From positions 1,788,951-1,852,950 of the forward strand of contig NC_068997.1 of assembly GCF_001194135.2 (NCBI RefSeq): a DNA stretch of 64,000 bases, read 5' to 3'. Below, piece by piece: positions 39,161 through 53,368 of the stretch. The stretch comes from Octopus bimaculoides. Taxonomy: Eukaryota. Position numbers and translations under genes: made by a program. The stretch's first letter is position 1. Each line of letters starts with the position of its first letter. Below the pieces are notes generated by a model. That model ran no database searches and had not been told where the DNA came from. It saw nothing but the letters and a program-made list of their open reading frames with translations.

Positions 39161-39386
39161 TCGCAATGGGGCAGTTAACTCCCTTGTCAGTAGATAGACT
39201 TGCTCTATGTTTATGGCTATAAGGGTCTTTGATTCTTATTTCTAGCAATCTAGGTGCTACAATGCATACCCAGTCACTATCAGTGACAATTTCGCTTTAG
39301 GTTTTATATTGCGTATAGCCACCTAGTAACTAGAACAGTTGGCACCTATACATACTTACATACATATATATGTTTATATATGTATA

Positions 39387-39431
<45 letters not shown>

Positions 39432-39554
39432 ATATAATATAATATATATACCGTAGTAAGAACATAAATGCGAAACAAGATGGAAAAAATAGTACTCGAA
39501 TACCGGAGGTTGAGTAATATGCTTTATTAAGAAGCAGTAAAAAATATCTCAAAA

Positions 39555-39594
39555 ACTGTTACTCAGAGTTTCACGCTCCTGTTCGTCGGGCAGT
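39555..39594 (-). ncRNA. Minimal type I hammerhead motif in a Penelope pLTR-like remnant
   Basis: Minus strand reads ACTGC / CCGACGA / ACA-GGAG-CGT / GAAA / CTC-T-GAG / TA / ACAGT. Confidence 0.7.
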
Positions 39595-42119
39595 TTTGTT
39601 TAGAATAGAACAAAATGAGGTTGTATGCATAAATATACAATTACTTTGATAGCTACTCATTTGAAATTGGTTTTGTTTCATTGGTCCTTTCAACTAACGG
39701 TTGAATGAAATTACAATTGCGGTTTAAAATCATATTATAAAAATCGAAGAAAACCTTAACTCAAAAATAGCTTATGTAGGATGGGAAAAAAAGACCTGAA
39801 TATCTAGGGTAAATAATTAGTGGTAAAAAAATACTAATAATTTAAATAAATTAAATGATATATCCATCAAAAAATTTTCAATCTAAAATACATATACATT
39901 TAGCAATACATACACATACCAAATAACGTGTGTATACTTACATGCACTAAACATACAGGCGTTGGTAATGGCTACATATATATATATATATATATATCTT
40001 GGACCATGAAATCCTGCTTGTCCTCTCAAACGATGGTAAGTTATGGTTTCAGGAAATTTGGTTATTATTTCTATCTTGTTGATCTATAGTGTAAAATCTC
40101 CACGATTGGCCCTGATTGCAAAAGTCGGTAATTGCAATCTACATAATCATTCATACGGTTGATCCCTTTATAAAATCACAAATAAAGAACACGATTTGAC
40201 ATTTCTTTCAATATAACTACTTTTATATCATAGTTTATTGCGATATAGCTACTTTCACATCATAGTGCCGAGGTCAACGTGACCTAGAGTCAAACCTGCT
40301 TAGCCTTTAGTATCTTCCTGTATCTTAGACCACATTGTCATCGCCGTAGTGATACGAGTTGAAAATTTGGTTCTAACTCCTAGTATGTCGAACGATGGTA
40401 TAAATACTGCTTTTTCCTTGGCTTGTTGGTAGCAGATAATATCACTATATAATGCGGGAGCTTCGCCCTATCTCTTAAAAATTGCAGCAAAATCACTTAT
40501 ATCTTGGGAAACGAATAGGAACATATGATAAGGATGTCCTCCTACATATCACTAAAGAGAGAGGATAATCATCTCTGGAATGCTTTTCATCGTAGTGCTA
40601 ATCTGGGATAAGCCACAATAAATAGAACACTAAAACGGCAGCTGTTTTATTTGCTGAAATACTCTCATAGGTTACCTTGCAGGGCGATTTGTTCTTACCA
40701 ACGAGCACTAAATAACAATATTTTAGGATGTCCTGCTGCAATATGACTGCCAGCTATTAAATGTAATTTCCCGTTATTTGATATATTACTACATCTAATC
40801 TCTCTCTCCCTCGCCTTTTGTCTCTTTCTTTCTGACACGTTAGACAGAATATCTTCGTAACCTGAAATTATTTGTAGAATTCCTTTATGAACAACACAAA
40901 TCCTTATCGACTCGAAAAGTAGCTTGAATAAAGGCTGCTTGTTTCATTTTCATCTCACAGAAATCAAATAATTTGGAGCTATTTATCATGGTGTAACACC
41001 ATAATGAAACCAACGCTCCTACTTGAGATTGCAATACAAAAGAAAAACGGTGACCTGTTATAAGATGCCTGATAAAATAGATTTCATTAAATATTAAATA
41101 ATGGTCACGTGCTCAATCTTATGAGCATTATTCTGTTTCATTAGTTATTCAGATTATTTAGCATCGAATTGCTGTTTTTTTTTTAATGTGAATCGCCATT
41201 TTCTATCGAAGGAATTTTCCACTGAAGTTTTAAATCATGCTGACAGTAATATAAAAGATGCAATGGAGAGATGAATCCTCAATGCTCCACCTCAAACATC
41301 TCTGTCACCATGATAAAGAACATCTTATCGCAGACAATAAAATGTGTGACGATAAGAAGGGCAAACAACTGTTGAAACTATGCCAATAGACATATGCATT
41401 ACAACAGACAACTAGCTTTCTCTATTGTTGAAGCGGTAAGAGGACAAGTAGCAAACACTGAGATACCGAGAGAGACACCCAATTCACGCAAGATCAGAGA
41501 AATAGCCATAACATGAAGGTGGTGGTGGTGATGATTATGATGATGATGTAGCACATATCAGATTGATTGGCTGGCCTTGGACTGTTCTAAATGTACCTAT
41601 TACAGCCGTTGATCTGTATTTCTTAATCCCAACAACCCCGTGCTGAAGAGAAGAAATCTCACGCTTTTGGTAAACAAATGATATTCTTTACCATTCTCTC
41701 AATTGACACTGTCTGTTAGCTTAACATGAGGTTAACCCTCGTAAAGCGGAACAATGTGTACTGACATTCCGACCACGGCCATCCCGGCCTTTTCATTCAT
41801 TATTTTATCCAATGTGTCAATTTAAAGTTGATAATGTCTGTTTTGAGGGAACGTTAGCTGCACAGTCTAGTATATCAATAACTATGTAATAAATCCCTCA
41901 TTGGTTCCAGTGAGTAGAATGTCATTCTAGTGGGCAATCAAGATGGTATTGCTTTCATGTAGTTCTTCATAGGTTAAAAACATTTCGTGATTTAAACTTG
42001 CTGGGCTACAGCGACAGCAATCCCAAATGCATTAATTTTAATATTTTAGTTCTTTCAACAACTGTATGTGACAATATTGGAGCAACGCTTGCTTCATTGA
42101 TTTCCACGTTTGTTAGATA

Positions 42120-42295
42120 CGATTTCAAAGTTTGGCATTAGACCAGCAATTCCAGTGCTCAAATGGCACTTGTTTTATCGTTCCCAAGACGATGAAACGG
42201 AAAGTCGAACTCGGTGGAAATTGAACTCAGAATGTAAAGACGAACGAAATGCTGTTAAGCATATTGCCTGGCTTGCTAAAGATTCTACCAGCTCG
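42120..42295 (-). mobile_element. SINE family C copy
   Basis: gtcgaactcggtggaaattgaactcagaa matches the family in reverse. Confidence 0.75.
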
Positions 42296-43179
42296 CCACT
42301 TATGGCAACAACTTCAGACGCATTAATTCTACATTCTTTTAGTCCTCCCAATAACTGTGTGTGTCGATGCTGGGGAAATGCGCGCGTCTTTGATTTCCTC
42401 GTTTGTAAGATATAACTTATGTTGATAGGGAATATAACAGGATTGAACTAGAGTGAAACAACAACAATATCTCTACTTCTTTGAAAATATGGCTTATCAA
42501 ACGAGAAAAGCATGCCCGTGGTTGCGTGACATGCTCTACATAATAGCCAAATTTTCTTTGCAATAACACTTCTGTTTTCAAATGAATAAGAAAACCCGTT
42601 TAGATAATAAAGGCCTACGTATTAGATAGATGAAACGGCCACACTTAGAATTAGATGTCATGGAACGTATTAGGTACTAGATAAAGATTCATGATATGCT
42701 GATATAAAACCTCTCCAACATCAAGACGAAGGTAAAAGGAAACTGGTTGGCAAATCATATTTTACTTCAGCGTGTGGAAAAAACAGGTATATATAAGACA
42801 AAATAAAAAAAAACAAACAAACAAAAAGATCAAATAGAAATATCCTATATTGAATACAACATACTCAATGTAGTTCGTCTAACGGTATAAAGCTTGAACA
42901 CCTTATACAGTTAGCTAACATAGGAAAGCAAAAATGTTAAAGTTGTTATTAGAATTCGTTTCAACTACAAACAGCTATTTGTATCAATAATTAATTCTTC
43001 GATATGTCTCGATCTGTTGTAAGACAATTTTCTCAAGGCTTCTAGGACAGATATAGGAATACGTATTTAGTGAAGGAATTTCCTTTTCAACCAATCGGAT
43101 CCGGATTAGGTCTTACTACATATCGCATTGTGTTAATGCCTTCCATTGTAATTTTGAAACAGTTTCAGTTTCAATGACG

Positions 43180-43319
43180 TGGCTATGTGGTAAGAAGCTT
43201 GCTTCCTAAACACGCGGTGCCGGGTTCATCCCCACTGCGTGGCACCACCTTGAGCAGGTGTCTTCTATAGCCTCCGGCCGACCGGAGCCATGTGAGTGGA
43301 TTTCGGAAACAAGCCCTTC

Positions 43320-43320
<1 letters not shown>
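43180..43320 (+). mobile_element. SINE family A, 5' half
   Basis: tggctatgtggtaagaagcttgcttcc...gggttcatccccactgcgtggcacc. Confidence 0.85.
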
Positions 43321-43373
<53 letters not shown>

Positions 43374-43974
43374 NNNNNNNNNNNNNNNNNNNNNNNNNNN
43401 NNNNNNNNNNNNNNNNNNNNNNNNNNNNNNNNNNNNNNNNNNNNNNNNNNNNNNNNNNNNNNNNNNNNNNNNNNNNNNNNNNNNNNNNNNNNNNNNNNNN
43501 NNNNNNNNNNNNNNNNNNNNNNNNNNNNNNNNNNNNNNNNNNNNNNNNNNNNNNNNNNNNNNNNNNNNNNNNNNNNNNNNNNNNNNNNNNNNNNNNNNNN
43601 NNNNNNNNNNNNNNNNNNNNNNNNNNNNNNNNNNNNNNNNTATATATGCAAATATTTAGATTCAGATGAATTAGGTACTTAAGTTTTGAGGCACCAGAAT
43701 TTAGTACGGTATTATCCATACAATTTCAAAATAAGGTTAATAAAATCAAAATAATTAGAAAATAGAGAAAATCACAGATTAACCAACACATCTATTGGAC
43801 CACATTTATAGCTTATTTTTAATACAAAGCATGACATAACAAGACAGGTGACGTAAGATATCTTACGCTCGTTACTGATCAGGTTGCCAAAATGCAGTCT
43901 ATAAATAAATGCGAGAACAAAACTCTTCATCTTGAAAAGGCATTCGAATTAAGGCAACGAATCTTCATCAGAGT

Positions 43975-44560
43975 GAAAAACACTCAATAAGTATCCGGAC
44001 TGTTTCCATAGTAACAAATCTAAAGAACGTAGAGTGAAGTGACTTGACATAGATTGACCTTGAACTCTACTGTGCTTGCGCACTAAATTTTACAGCAGTG
44101 CTTGGAAGGAATGTGTGTAACGTGTGATCATCGCATTGACCATCACGGAGAAAGTTGTCTAGGTGATATCTGCTCAGAAGTCCATCCAAAATTGCAGAAA
44201 GTTTATGGAGAGGTGTGTATGAGCCACACACAAGTGTACGAGGGGGTTCAGACATTTCGAAGATGGCCGTTCTGGGACGAATGTTCTGGGAGACCCGCAA
44301 CAAGCAAAACTGAAAAAACATCGCAGAAGTGCGTGCAGCTGTGAGGGGAAATCGTCAAATCACCACCCGTGAATTAGAGCATGTGCAGATTAGTTACGGT
44401 TCAGATCAGTCCATTATCATTCAAAATCTGGATATGAGACACATGTCTGTCAAGTTGGTGTCAAAACCGCTTTCAGCTGACCAAGAAACATACAAGTTTC
44501 AGTTGCACAAGATCTTGATCATGTCGAGAAAGATGAAAATGTTTGAAAACTTTCCGTAGG
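43975..44560 (+). mobile_element. Mariner-type transposon 5' remnant (HTH region)
   Basis: TIR-like aataagtatccggact; LQKVYGEVCMS..QVYE, SGRP..S, ITTRELE, ISYGS..SII...L.MR.MSVKLV.K.L (WVP-like position); disrupted. Confidence 0.85.
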
Positions 44561-44867
44561 CCTCTGAGTACGTATCGCCAACCTTTAGGCAAAATTTGAT
44601 GCAGATTATCTGCTCAACTTTCTCTATCATGCTCCATGCGACCATCACATGCTACACACCTCCCTTCCAAGCCCTGCTGTAAATACAGAAAGTGAGCTAG
44701 AAGGTAAAATTTAGTGCGGATGCACAGCAGAGTTCAATGTCAATCTGTACCAAGCGGCTTCACTCTGAGTGCTTTAGCTTCGTTACAATGCCAACAGTCC
44801 GGATACTTATTGATCAGACCACATATATACATTTATATATATGCATGTATGTATGCATATGCATGTA

Positions 44868-44906
<39 letters not shown>

Positions 44907-45627
44907 NNNNNNNNNNNNNNNNNNNNNNNNNNNNNNNNNNNNNNNNNNNNNNNNNNNNNNNNNNNNNNNNNNNNNNNNNNNNNNNNNNNNNNNNNNNNNN
45001 NNNNNNNNNNNNNNNNNNNNNNNNNNNNNNNNNNNNNNNNNNNNNNNNNNNNNNNNNNNNNNNNNNNNNNNNNNNNNNNNNNNNNNNNNNNNNNNNNNNN
45101 NNNNNNNNNNNNNNNNNNNNNNNNNNNNNNNNNNNNNNNNNNNNNNNNNNNNNNNNNNNNNNNNNNNNNNNNNNNNNNNNNNNNNNNNNNNNNNNNNNNN
45201 NNNNNNNNNNNNNNNNNNNNNNNNNNNNNNNNNNNNNNNNNNNNNNNNNNNNNNNNNNNNNNNNNNNNNNNNNNNNNNNNNNNNNNNNNNNNNNNNNNNN
45301 NNNNNNNNNNNNNNNNNNNNNNNNNNNNNNNNNNNNNNNNNNNNNNNNNNNNNNNNNNNNNNNNNNNNNNNNNNNNNNNNNNNNNTATATGCATGTATGT
45401 ATGCATATGCATGTATGTGTGTGTGTATATATATATATGAAATCAATAGACCGCCATCATGCCACCATATACTGCTAAATTCCTAAGATCCAGGAAGTAA
45501 GCAAAACTACTTATCGACTGCTTGTGTAGGACTGATCCAGGGTGACACGACAAAATGTTGTCATCTATGTCAACCTTATCGTCTTCACTGCTATCATCAT
45601 CTTTTTTTTAAATTATTGTGACAATAA

Positions 45628-46157
45628 TGACGTCAATTCTATAGTTGGTGGTGACGCTGGTGCCTTATGCCTGAGCTGTTTGTGTTGCTACTGCTGATGA
45701 TGCATTGGGAGGAGAGGTGAGGGTTATGGTGGGAGAGATGATAGCTCTGGTCGTAGTGGAGGTTGGTGGTGGAGGTGGTAGTGGTGGTGAGTGTAATGAC
45801 GAAGATTATGATGATGTCTGCATTGGCGACATTTACGACGAGCAATGACGTCCCAATTTTATTGTTTACATCATACATCAAAGCTTGCCACTTTTATATA
45901 CACACACATACGCACACACATACGCACACACATACGCACACACAAACACACACACACACACACACACATACACGCGCGCGCGCATCTGATACGTTGCATA
46001 TTGTATACATGTAATATCAACCATATCTTTATTAATAGCATCAACACCGTTACACACATGAAGGTGAAGAAGAAATTTGAAGAGAAAGCAATAGAAAAGC
46101 ATCAGTGTCTGTGTCAGAGTGCGCGCGTGTGTGCGTGTGTGTGAGATAATGACGTCA
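45628..46157. promoter_or_regulatory. Two full CRE palindromes (TGACGTCA) plus a half-site
   Basis: TGACGTCA at 45628-45635 and 46150-46157, TGACG at 45846. Motif evidence only. Confidence 0.3.
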
Positions 46158-46296
46158 CAGGAGATGGTATATAGTCGAGCATAGCTGCCGTTATGTGATA
46201 TATAGCTATCTCACTAGACAGATCAATCACATGAATGTGACAATGTACGTCACTGTTATCTTGTGCGTGAGTATATATGCACACGCATTCACTCAT

Positions 46297-46327
<31 letters not shown>

Positions 46328-46967
46328 CATACATACGTACATACATTGCGGCAAACAATATCAGGTACCTGTAATAAGATTCATCTATACTCCTGCATAC
46401 ATATACACCTGTGCATCTATATAATATATACATATATATATGCGCACATATATGTGTACAACAGCCATTCATACATGACGTATATATATATATANNNNNN
46501 NNNNNNNNNNNNNNNNNNNNNNNNNNNNNNNNNNNNNNNNNNNNNNNNNNNNNNNNNNNNNNNNNNNNNNNNNNNNNNNNNNNNNNNNNNNNNNNNNNNN
46601 NNNNNNNNNNNNNNNNNNNNNNNNNNNNNNNNNNNNNNNNNNNNNNNNNNNNNNNNNNNNNNNNNNNNNNNNNNNNNNNNNNNNNNNNNNNNNNNNNNNN
46701 NNNNNNNNNNNNNNNNNNNNNNNNNNNNNNNNNNNNNNNNNNNNNNNNNNNNNNNNNNNNNNNNNNNNNNNNNNNNNNNNNNNNNNNNNNNNNNNNNNNN
46801 NNNNNNNNNNNNNNNNNNNNNNNNNNNNNNNNNNNNNNNNNNNNNNNNNNNNNNNNNNNNNNNNNNNNNNNNNNNNNNNNNNNNNNNNNNNNNNNNNNNN
46901 NNNNNNNNNNNNNNNNNNNNNNNNNNNNNNNNNNNNNNNNNNNNNNNNNNNNNNNNNNNNNNNNNNN

Positions 46968-46999
<32 letters not shown>

Positions 47000-47994
47000 C
47001 ACACACACGCCACACAAGCTCCACAAACAGGGCCGCTATGGTTGTAGTATATAAAACTAAATGGCATCCCTCTCACTAAACCCCTCATCGGTAAATCATA
47101 TAGCGTGAAGCATATCTCAATAAATCAAGATTTCTCCAATAAAATACACTTTTCGATCAATGTATTATTGATGAGGCAATCAGAAAGCGATCAATTGGCA
47201 ATATTTTCACCTTGATTATTGATTATCGAAGAACTAGGTAGATGATTGGTTGGATAGGTGGCTGGTTCCCTAGCTGGCTGACTGGCCGACTGGATGGGTA
47301 GATCGACAGCTGGACGATCGTGTGGGTGGGTCTACAGAGAACAAGCTCGATGAGTAGGTGGATAGGTGGACGTTTGTGTCACCTGGGGGTGATATTTGCT
47401 GATGAAAGACGGATATAGTGCTTCGCATCCCTGGACGGTTGCTTCAATGGATCGTTAGCTATTTTTAGATGAGGATGAGTGAATTATTGGAAAAGGGTTG
47501 CAATAGAGAAAAGAGTTGGGTTCGGTATAGTAAGGGAATTCAACAATCGCTTCATATCCATATGGAAGCAACGGTGCATGCAGAAGTTGGATTGACTGAA
47601 GGGTATTATGAGACGGCGTTTAGCGGAAAAGTGTGTATTTGAGGGTTGGTCGTGCTGGTAGATTAGGTACTTGTGGGTGTAACACCTGTTATTTCTGTTA
47701 GAAATGTGATTATTTATGTTTAGCTGTTCGTGTGTGCGTGTGTGCGTGTGTGATAAAATATGGCTCAAGAATGATGACAAATGAACATACGCAAAAGAGA
47801 ATACAAAGAGACATGGACACACTTTCTCTTCATTGGTTATCGACCAAAAAGATTCCGAACAGCATTGATAACTTGGTGGCGTCAACAATAGAATCAGCAA
47901 ACCATCTGAAAAACAGTATAAGAAAAATGTGTCCCAAGACTAAAAAGAAAAAAAAGGGCGAGTGATGACGAGAACGAGAATATATATATATGAA

Positions 47995-48075
47995 GAACGC
48001 AGCGTCGGACACTGCGGTGTGAGTTCAAATCCTACTGAGATCATCTTCGCCTTTTATCATTCCGAGGTGGATAGA
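47995..48075 (+). mobile_element. SINE family C fragment
   Basis: gagttcaaatcctactgagatcatcttcgccttttatcattccgagg. Confidence 0.6.
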
Positions 48076-49446
48076 GGACGAAAACAGGGTAGTGGATTAG
48101 AAAGAAAAACTGTTAGGATACTTGGCGGTACATCTTTCATCTGGTTAGGCTGATGAGACTGGTGTTATGTAGTCTTGTCCTCGTCTTAGGACAGTATCAA
48201 TGGGGGAGAACCGACAGTTCGAATGTCTGATAGCCCTACTCACACACAGTGTGAATACTGAAGAAAACCTTCATATATATATATATATATATATACATAC
48301 ACATATATATATATATACTTACAAGTTTTGGCCATTGTTGGCGCCCAGGCCATGTCTAACTTACTAGCGCATTACAGAGTAAGCTGGATCAACCGGCAAA
48401 CATCAATTCCTACTTGAATGAGAAACCACAGCTCAGTCAAACAGGAAGATAATGCTTATCATATTATATCAATGTGACCGTGATTTATCTGGTATTTCCT
48501 GAAGGGATTATTTCAAGTACAGCTTGAATGTCATGAGGGCTTTATCGTTACCGATTTCTTTCGAGATTTTATTGAATAAAGCAGAACAAGGATGAAATAT
48601 TCACCACGGTGTACAAACAATGTAGATTTTCACAGCGGTGTTGAAGAAAATAAAGCTTTAGGCCTTTGGACCGATCACAATAGTGAAGGCCTTCAAACAA
48701 TATATTTAATTTCCTTTTGTTATAAATCTCCTGGTTTCTTCAATTTTCTTGTTTTGTTTTCTGAAGGCAAACCATTGTGAGCACTACTATGCATGCGTAT
48801 ATGTGCACGTGCGTATGTGCGTGTGTGTGTGTGTGGATGAGTGCTCACATTTGTATATTTATGCGTACATGTATGTAATTATGTGTTTAGATATACGTGC
48901 GTATATATATATATATATATATATATATNNNNNNNNNNNNNNNNNNNNNNNNNNNNNNNNNNNNNNNNNNNNNNNNNNNNNNNNNNNNNNNNNNNNNNNN
49001 NNNNNNNNNNNNNNNNNNNNNNNNNNNNNNNNNNNNNNNNNNNNNNNNNNNNNNNNNNNNNNNNNNNNNNNNNNNNNNNNNNNNNNNNNNNNNNNNNNNN
49101 NNNNNNNNNNNNNNNNNNNNNNNNNNNNNNNNNNNNNNNNNNNNNNNNNNNNNNNNNNNNNNNNNNNNNNNNNNNNNNNNNNNNNNNNNNNNNNNNNNNN
49201 NNNNNNNNNNNNNNNNNNNNNNNNNNNNNNNNNNNNNNNNNNNNNNNNNNNNNNNNNNNNNNNNNNNNNNNNNNNNNNNNNNNNNNNNNNNNNNNNNNNN
49301 NNNNNNNNNNNNNNNNNNNNNNNNNNNNNNNNNNNNNNNNNNNNNNNNNNNNNNNNNNNNNNNNNNNNNNNNNNNNNNNNNNNNNNNNNNNNNNNNNNNN
49401 NNNNNNNNNNNNNNNNNNNNNNNNNNNNNNNNNNNNNNNNNNNNNN

Positions 49447-49489
<43 letters not shown>

Positions 49490-49779
49490 CCAGGGTGAGA
49501 GAGGAAGTGGCAGAGACGTATTATATGAGTCGTTAATTATAAAGATGAATGAAATCTAAATTGGATCAATGGAGGAACCAAAGTCTTTACTACACGTGAG
49601 GAGTAGGAGCAGCAATGTAGTAATACAGCCACATATGCACTACCAAACGTGCTCAGTCTTATACACACACGCGCACATACATATGTACACGCACACACAT
49701 ATATACACGAATGCACATACACAGCCACACATGCACATACGCATGCACGCATACTAATAATTACACACACACATACATG

Positions 49780-49825
<46 letters not shown>

Positions 49826-49977
49826 TATATATATATAAAACAAGTTAAGAGCACGTAGCGTTTCATTAATTAATAAGTTGAAAGAACGTATAACAAATGC
49901 ACAAACAAACGGAAAACAGACACAGATGGTCACCAAACCCATATCAGTTATTAACCAGAGGATCAAGCATATATTGT

Positions 49978-50355
49978 GGAGGCGCAATGGCCCAGTGGTT
50001 AGGGCAGCGGACTCGCGGTCATAGGATCGTGGTTTCGATTCCCAGACCGGGCGTTGTGAGTGTTTATCGAGCGAAACACCTAAAGCTCCACGAGGCTCCG
50101 GCAAACCTTGCTGTACTCTTTCACCACAACTTTCTCTCCCTCTTACTTCCTGTTTCTGTTGTACCTGTATTTCAAAGGGTCGGCCTTGTTACACTCCGTG
50201 TCACGCTGAATATCCGCGAAAACTACGTTAAGGGTACACGTGTGTGTGGAGTACTCAGCCACTTGCACGTTAATTTCACGAGCAGACTGTTCCGTTGATC
50301 GGATCAACTGGAACCCTCGACGTCGTAAGCGACGGAGTGCCAACAACAACAACAA
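49978..50355 (+). mobile_element. tRNA-derived SINE family B, full length
   Basis: A box TGGCCCAGTGG (49988), B box GGTTTCGATTCCC (50031), (AAC)n tail; second copy at 33605. Confidence 0.92.
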
Positions 50356-50867
50356 GCATATATATATCAATATTTGATTTTAGGTTTAGTTGTAATAAAA
50401 ACAATTTTATATTAAGCTGAAGGGTTGCTCCATACATGTGTAGAGTACAAGTTTATTTTTTCTTTAATGGTACTGAATGTGACTTCGAAGTTTCGGTCAG
50501 CTAAGCCATATGTATATGAGATGTAGAATTAGATACATGAGTATATAAACTTATTTGTTATACATTCTGTCGACTCTTAAATATACTCTTATTTTTAAAT
50601 AACAGAAAATATATATTAAACTATATATATTCTTGATTGGGTTCATTTTTTTCCTCTTTGCTCAATCACGTTAACCCCCCCCCCTCACACACACACGCAC
50701 ACACACATACACACACACCTTGCACACACATTTATTGGATTACATATAAAGTTCAAAAAGACGTTTCTATTGTAATAAAAAAGGTCATGATATAGAGGTG
50801 CATTTCAAATGTATTAGTACCGAATCACATGCACATAGCTGACAAGAAGAAAGAGACGGAGAGAGGG

Positions 50868-51000
<133 letters not shown>

Positions 51001-51350
51001 AATACGAAAAGTATAATTTAAAAATACAAAATACAAATACACGATTTTAATAAACGCACACTGTGTGAGTGTAAGTATGTGCGTTTTCATTAATTCTTCT
51101 AAGTACATATACAGAAACATACATATATGTATGTGTGTGCGTTTCTGAAAATGTTTTCTTTATTAACAACTCCTCATAAATATATCCACTTTGTTCAGCA
51201 CGTGTCACGGGTACTTATTTGAACTATGGCCTTCACGGCTCCATACAAAGCATAATCCAACTTTCTATATATATACATATATATATATATACGAAGAGTG
51301 AGAGAGAGAGAGACACACACACACACACACACACACACACGTATATACAT

Positions 51351-51434
<84 letters not shown>

Positions 51435-51896
51435 TACGTGTGTGTTTTGTGTGTACGTGTCTATTATATTTAAGTAAAAATACAATTGGATCCATGCCAC
51501 AAAACTGCTGCTGAGGACAGGAGACAGGTAAACCAGCAGTGAGCAAAAATCGTAGAACCAGGCACACGCACAGACGTGTGTATATATATATATATACACG
51601 CATGACTACGTGCCTGCACACATACACGCACTGTTGTATGCCCACAATCCCTTATAGAACATATAGACATGCTAGCGTGTGTGCGTGCGTGACTGCTTGT
51701 GTGTGTTCATGTATATTTATGTGTTTAGATAAGATATTTTAACATATATGTAATTCATAGTAATAATAAAAAAATGCTTGAACAGAGGACCAAAACTAAA
51801 GCATGAAATATATGAATGAATGTTATATATCTTGAAACTGATCATACTGGTGTTATGTGTCATCTAGGTACACAGTGTGTGTCTGTGTGTGTGTGT

Positions 51897-51952
<56 letters not shown>

Positions 51953-52557
51953 ATATTAATAAATGTATATATTTATACACACACAAATAACAACATTGTT
52001 AACATAGCAGGTAAAACAAGTCAGGTGCGACAAGTATAAAAAGTTATAGATGAAGAAAAGCGCACTTTACCTGGTGATTTAGTAAAAACTGTGTTGGTCG
52101 ATATATCATAGAAGAGAGAGAGAGACCAAATGACGTTTGCTTCAGCAAGTTAATGTATAAATATTATGAATGGACATCTGAAGCGGAATTTATGAATGAA
52201 CGAGTGGCTGGCGTGGAATGGAGTAAATAGTTTTATACAACACACTACCGTAAAGCTGAGGTTGAAAACACTTCTGTTATTCGCTGTGTTTGAATTAACT
52301 TACCTGGATTCTTCTCTCCTGCCGAAAGTTCCAACCTCTTCTACAATCCTTTATTCCTCGTTTATTCATATCATTTCTTTTGCTAGTGTATTTATTTCAG
52401 GTATATATTTAAACAAATAAAACTATGCGGACATATACATGCAGTTACACACACATGCATACATATATACACACATGTATCTACACATGAATACATATAT
52501 TCATGTATATCTACATACCTTTAAAATGTACACACATATACATACATACATACATAA

Positions 52558-52614
<57 letters not shown>

Positions 52615-52708
52615 TATGCATATATGTCAGTGTTTGTGTGTATGTATGTATGTATGTATATACATACATACACATATAAATATATATATGTATGTATACT
52701 TACATATG

Positions 52709-52756
<48 letters not shown>

Positions 52757-53368
52757 NNNNNNNNNNTATGTATATGTGTATGTATATATATATGTATATG
52801 TGTGTGTGTGTGTGTGTGTATTTACACCCCCATACTATATCTATATGTGCAATTGTTGAATATAATTATTTTAAGTAATTTTCCAATAAACATATGGTAA
52901 CATCTATTTCACACACACATACACACAAATACACACATGGACACGAACATAAACACAAGCATTGAAACCCTCACCCACTCACACTTATCAGCCCGTCCTC
53001 TGTTTTAAAAATAGAACACTCGCAAATGTTTCTATTAAAAGACCGTTCTCAGCTGTGACCTCCCACCCCGCCCACAAACAATGATGCTATTTGTTGTCGT
53101 TAACGTCTCTCACTACCACCCATCCGTTATCATATGAAACTTAAGATATTTGTAGACGTAAAAATGAGGTGTAGACGATATGATATTGTGAAGGCGTGGC
53201 ACCTTTGGTGTGTAATGGACACAACACTTAACAGGTGTTCTCTTTAATAATACCTGACAATATTTATATTTCTGTCTTATCCGAAAAGAAAAAAATGTTT
53301 CCTTTTCTGGATGGTCTTTACGTAATTAGTGTTAGTGAATAAAAAAAACATTATATGGGTTGTCTTTT

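Larger units (their letters stand above)
38612..39325 (+). mobile_element. Retrozyme-like tandem repeat (~2.2 units of 307-337 bp), one type I hammerhead per unit
   Basis: Anchor ggttttatattg at 38660, 38967 and 39300; HHR motifs at 38756-38823 and 39089-39160. Confidence 0.8.

Noticed and set aside
47484-47710. Protein-like minus-strand segment (VLHPQVPNLPARP...)
   Set aside because: In-frame stop, ambiguous acceptor and no homology recognised.
48150-48176. CTGATGA followed by a GACT/AGTC stem
   Set aside because: No GAAA and no stems I or III.
49978-50050. tRNA gene
   Set aside because: The A and B boxes continue into a SINE body and tail that are repeated at 33605, so it is a SINE head.
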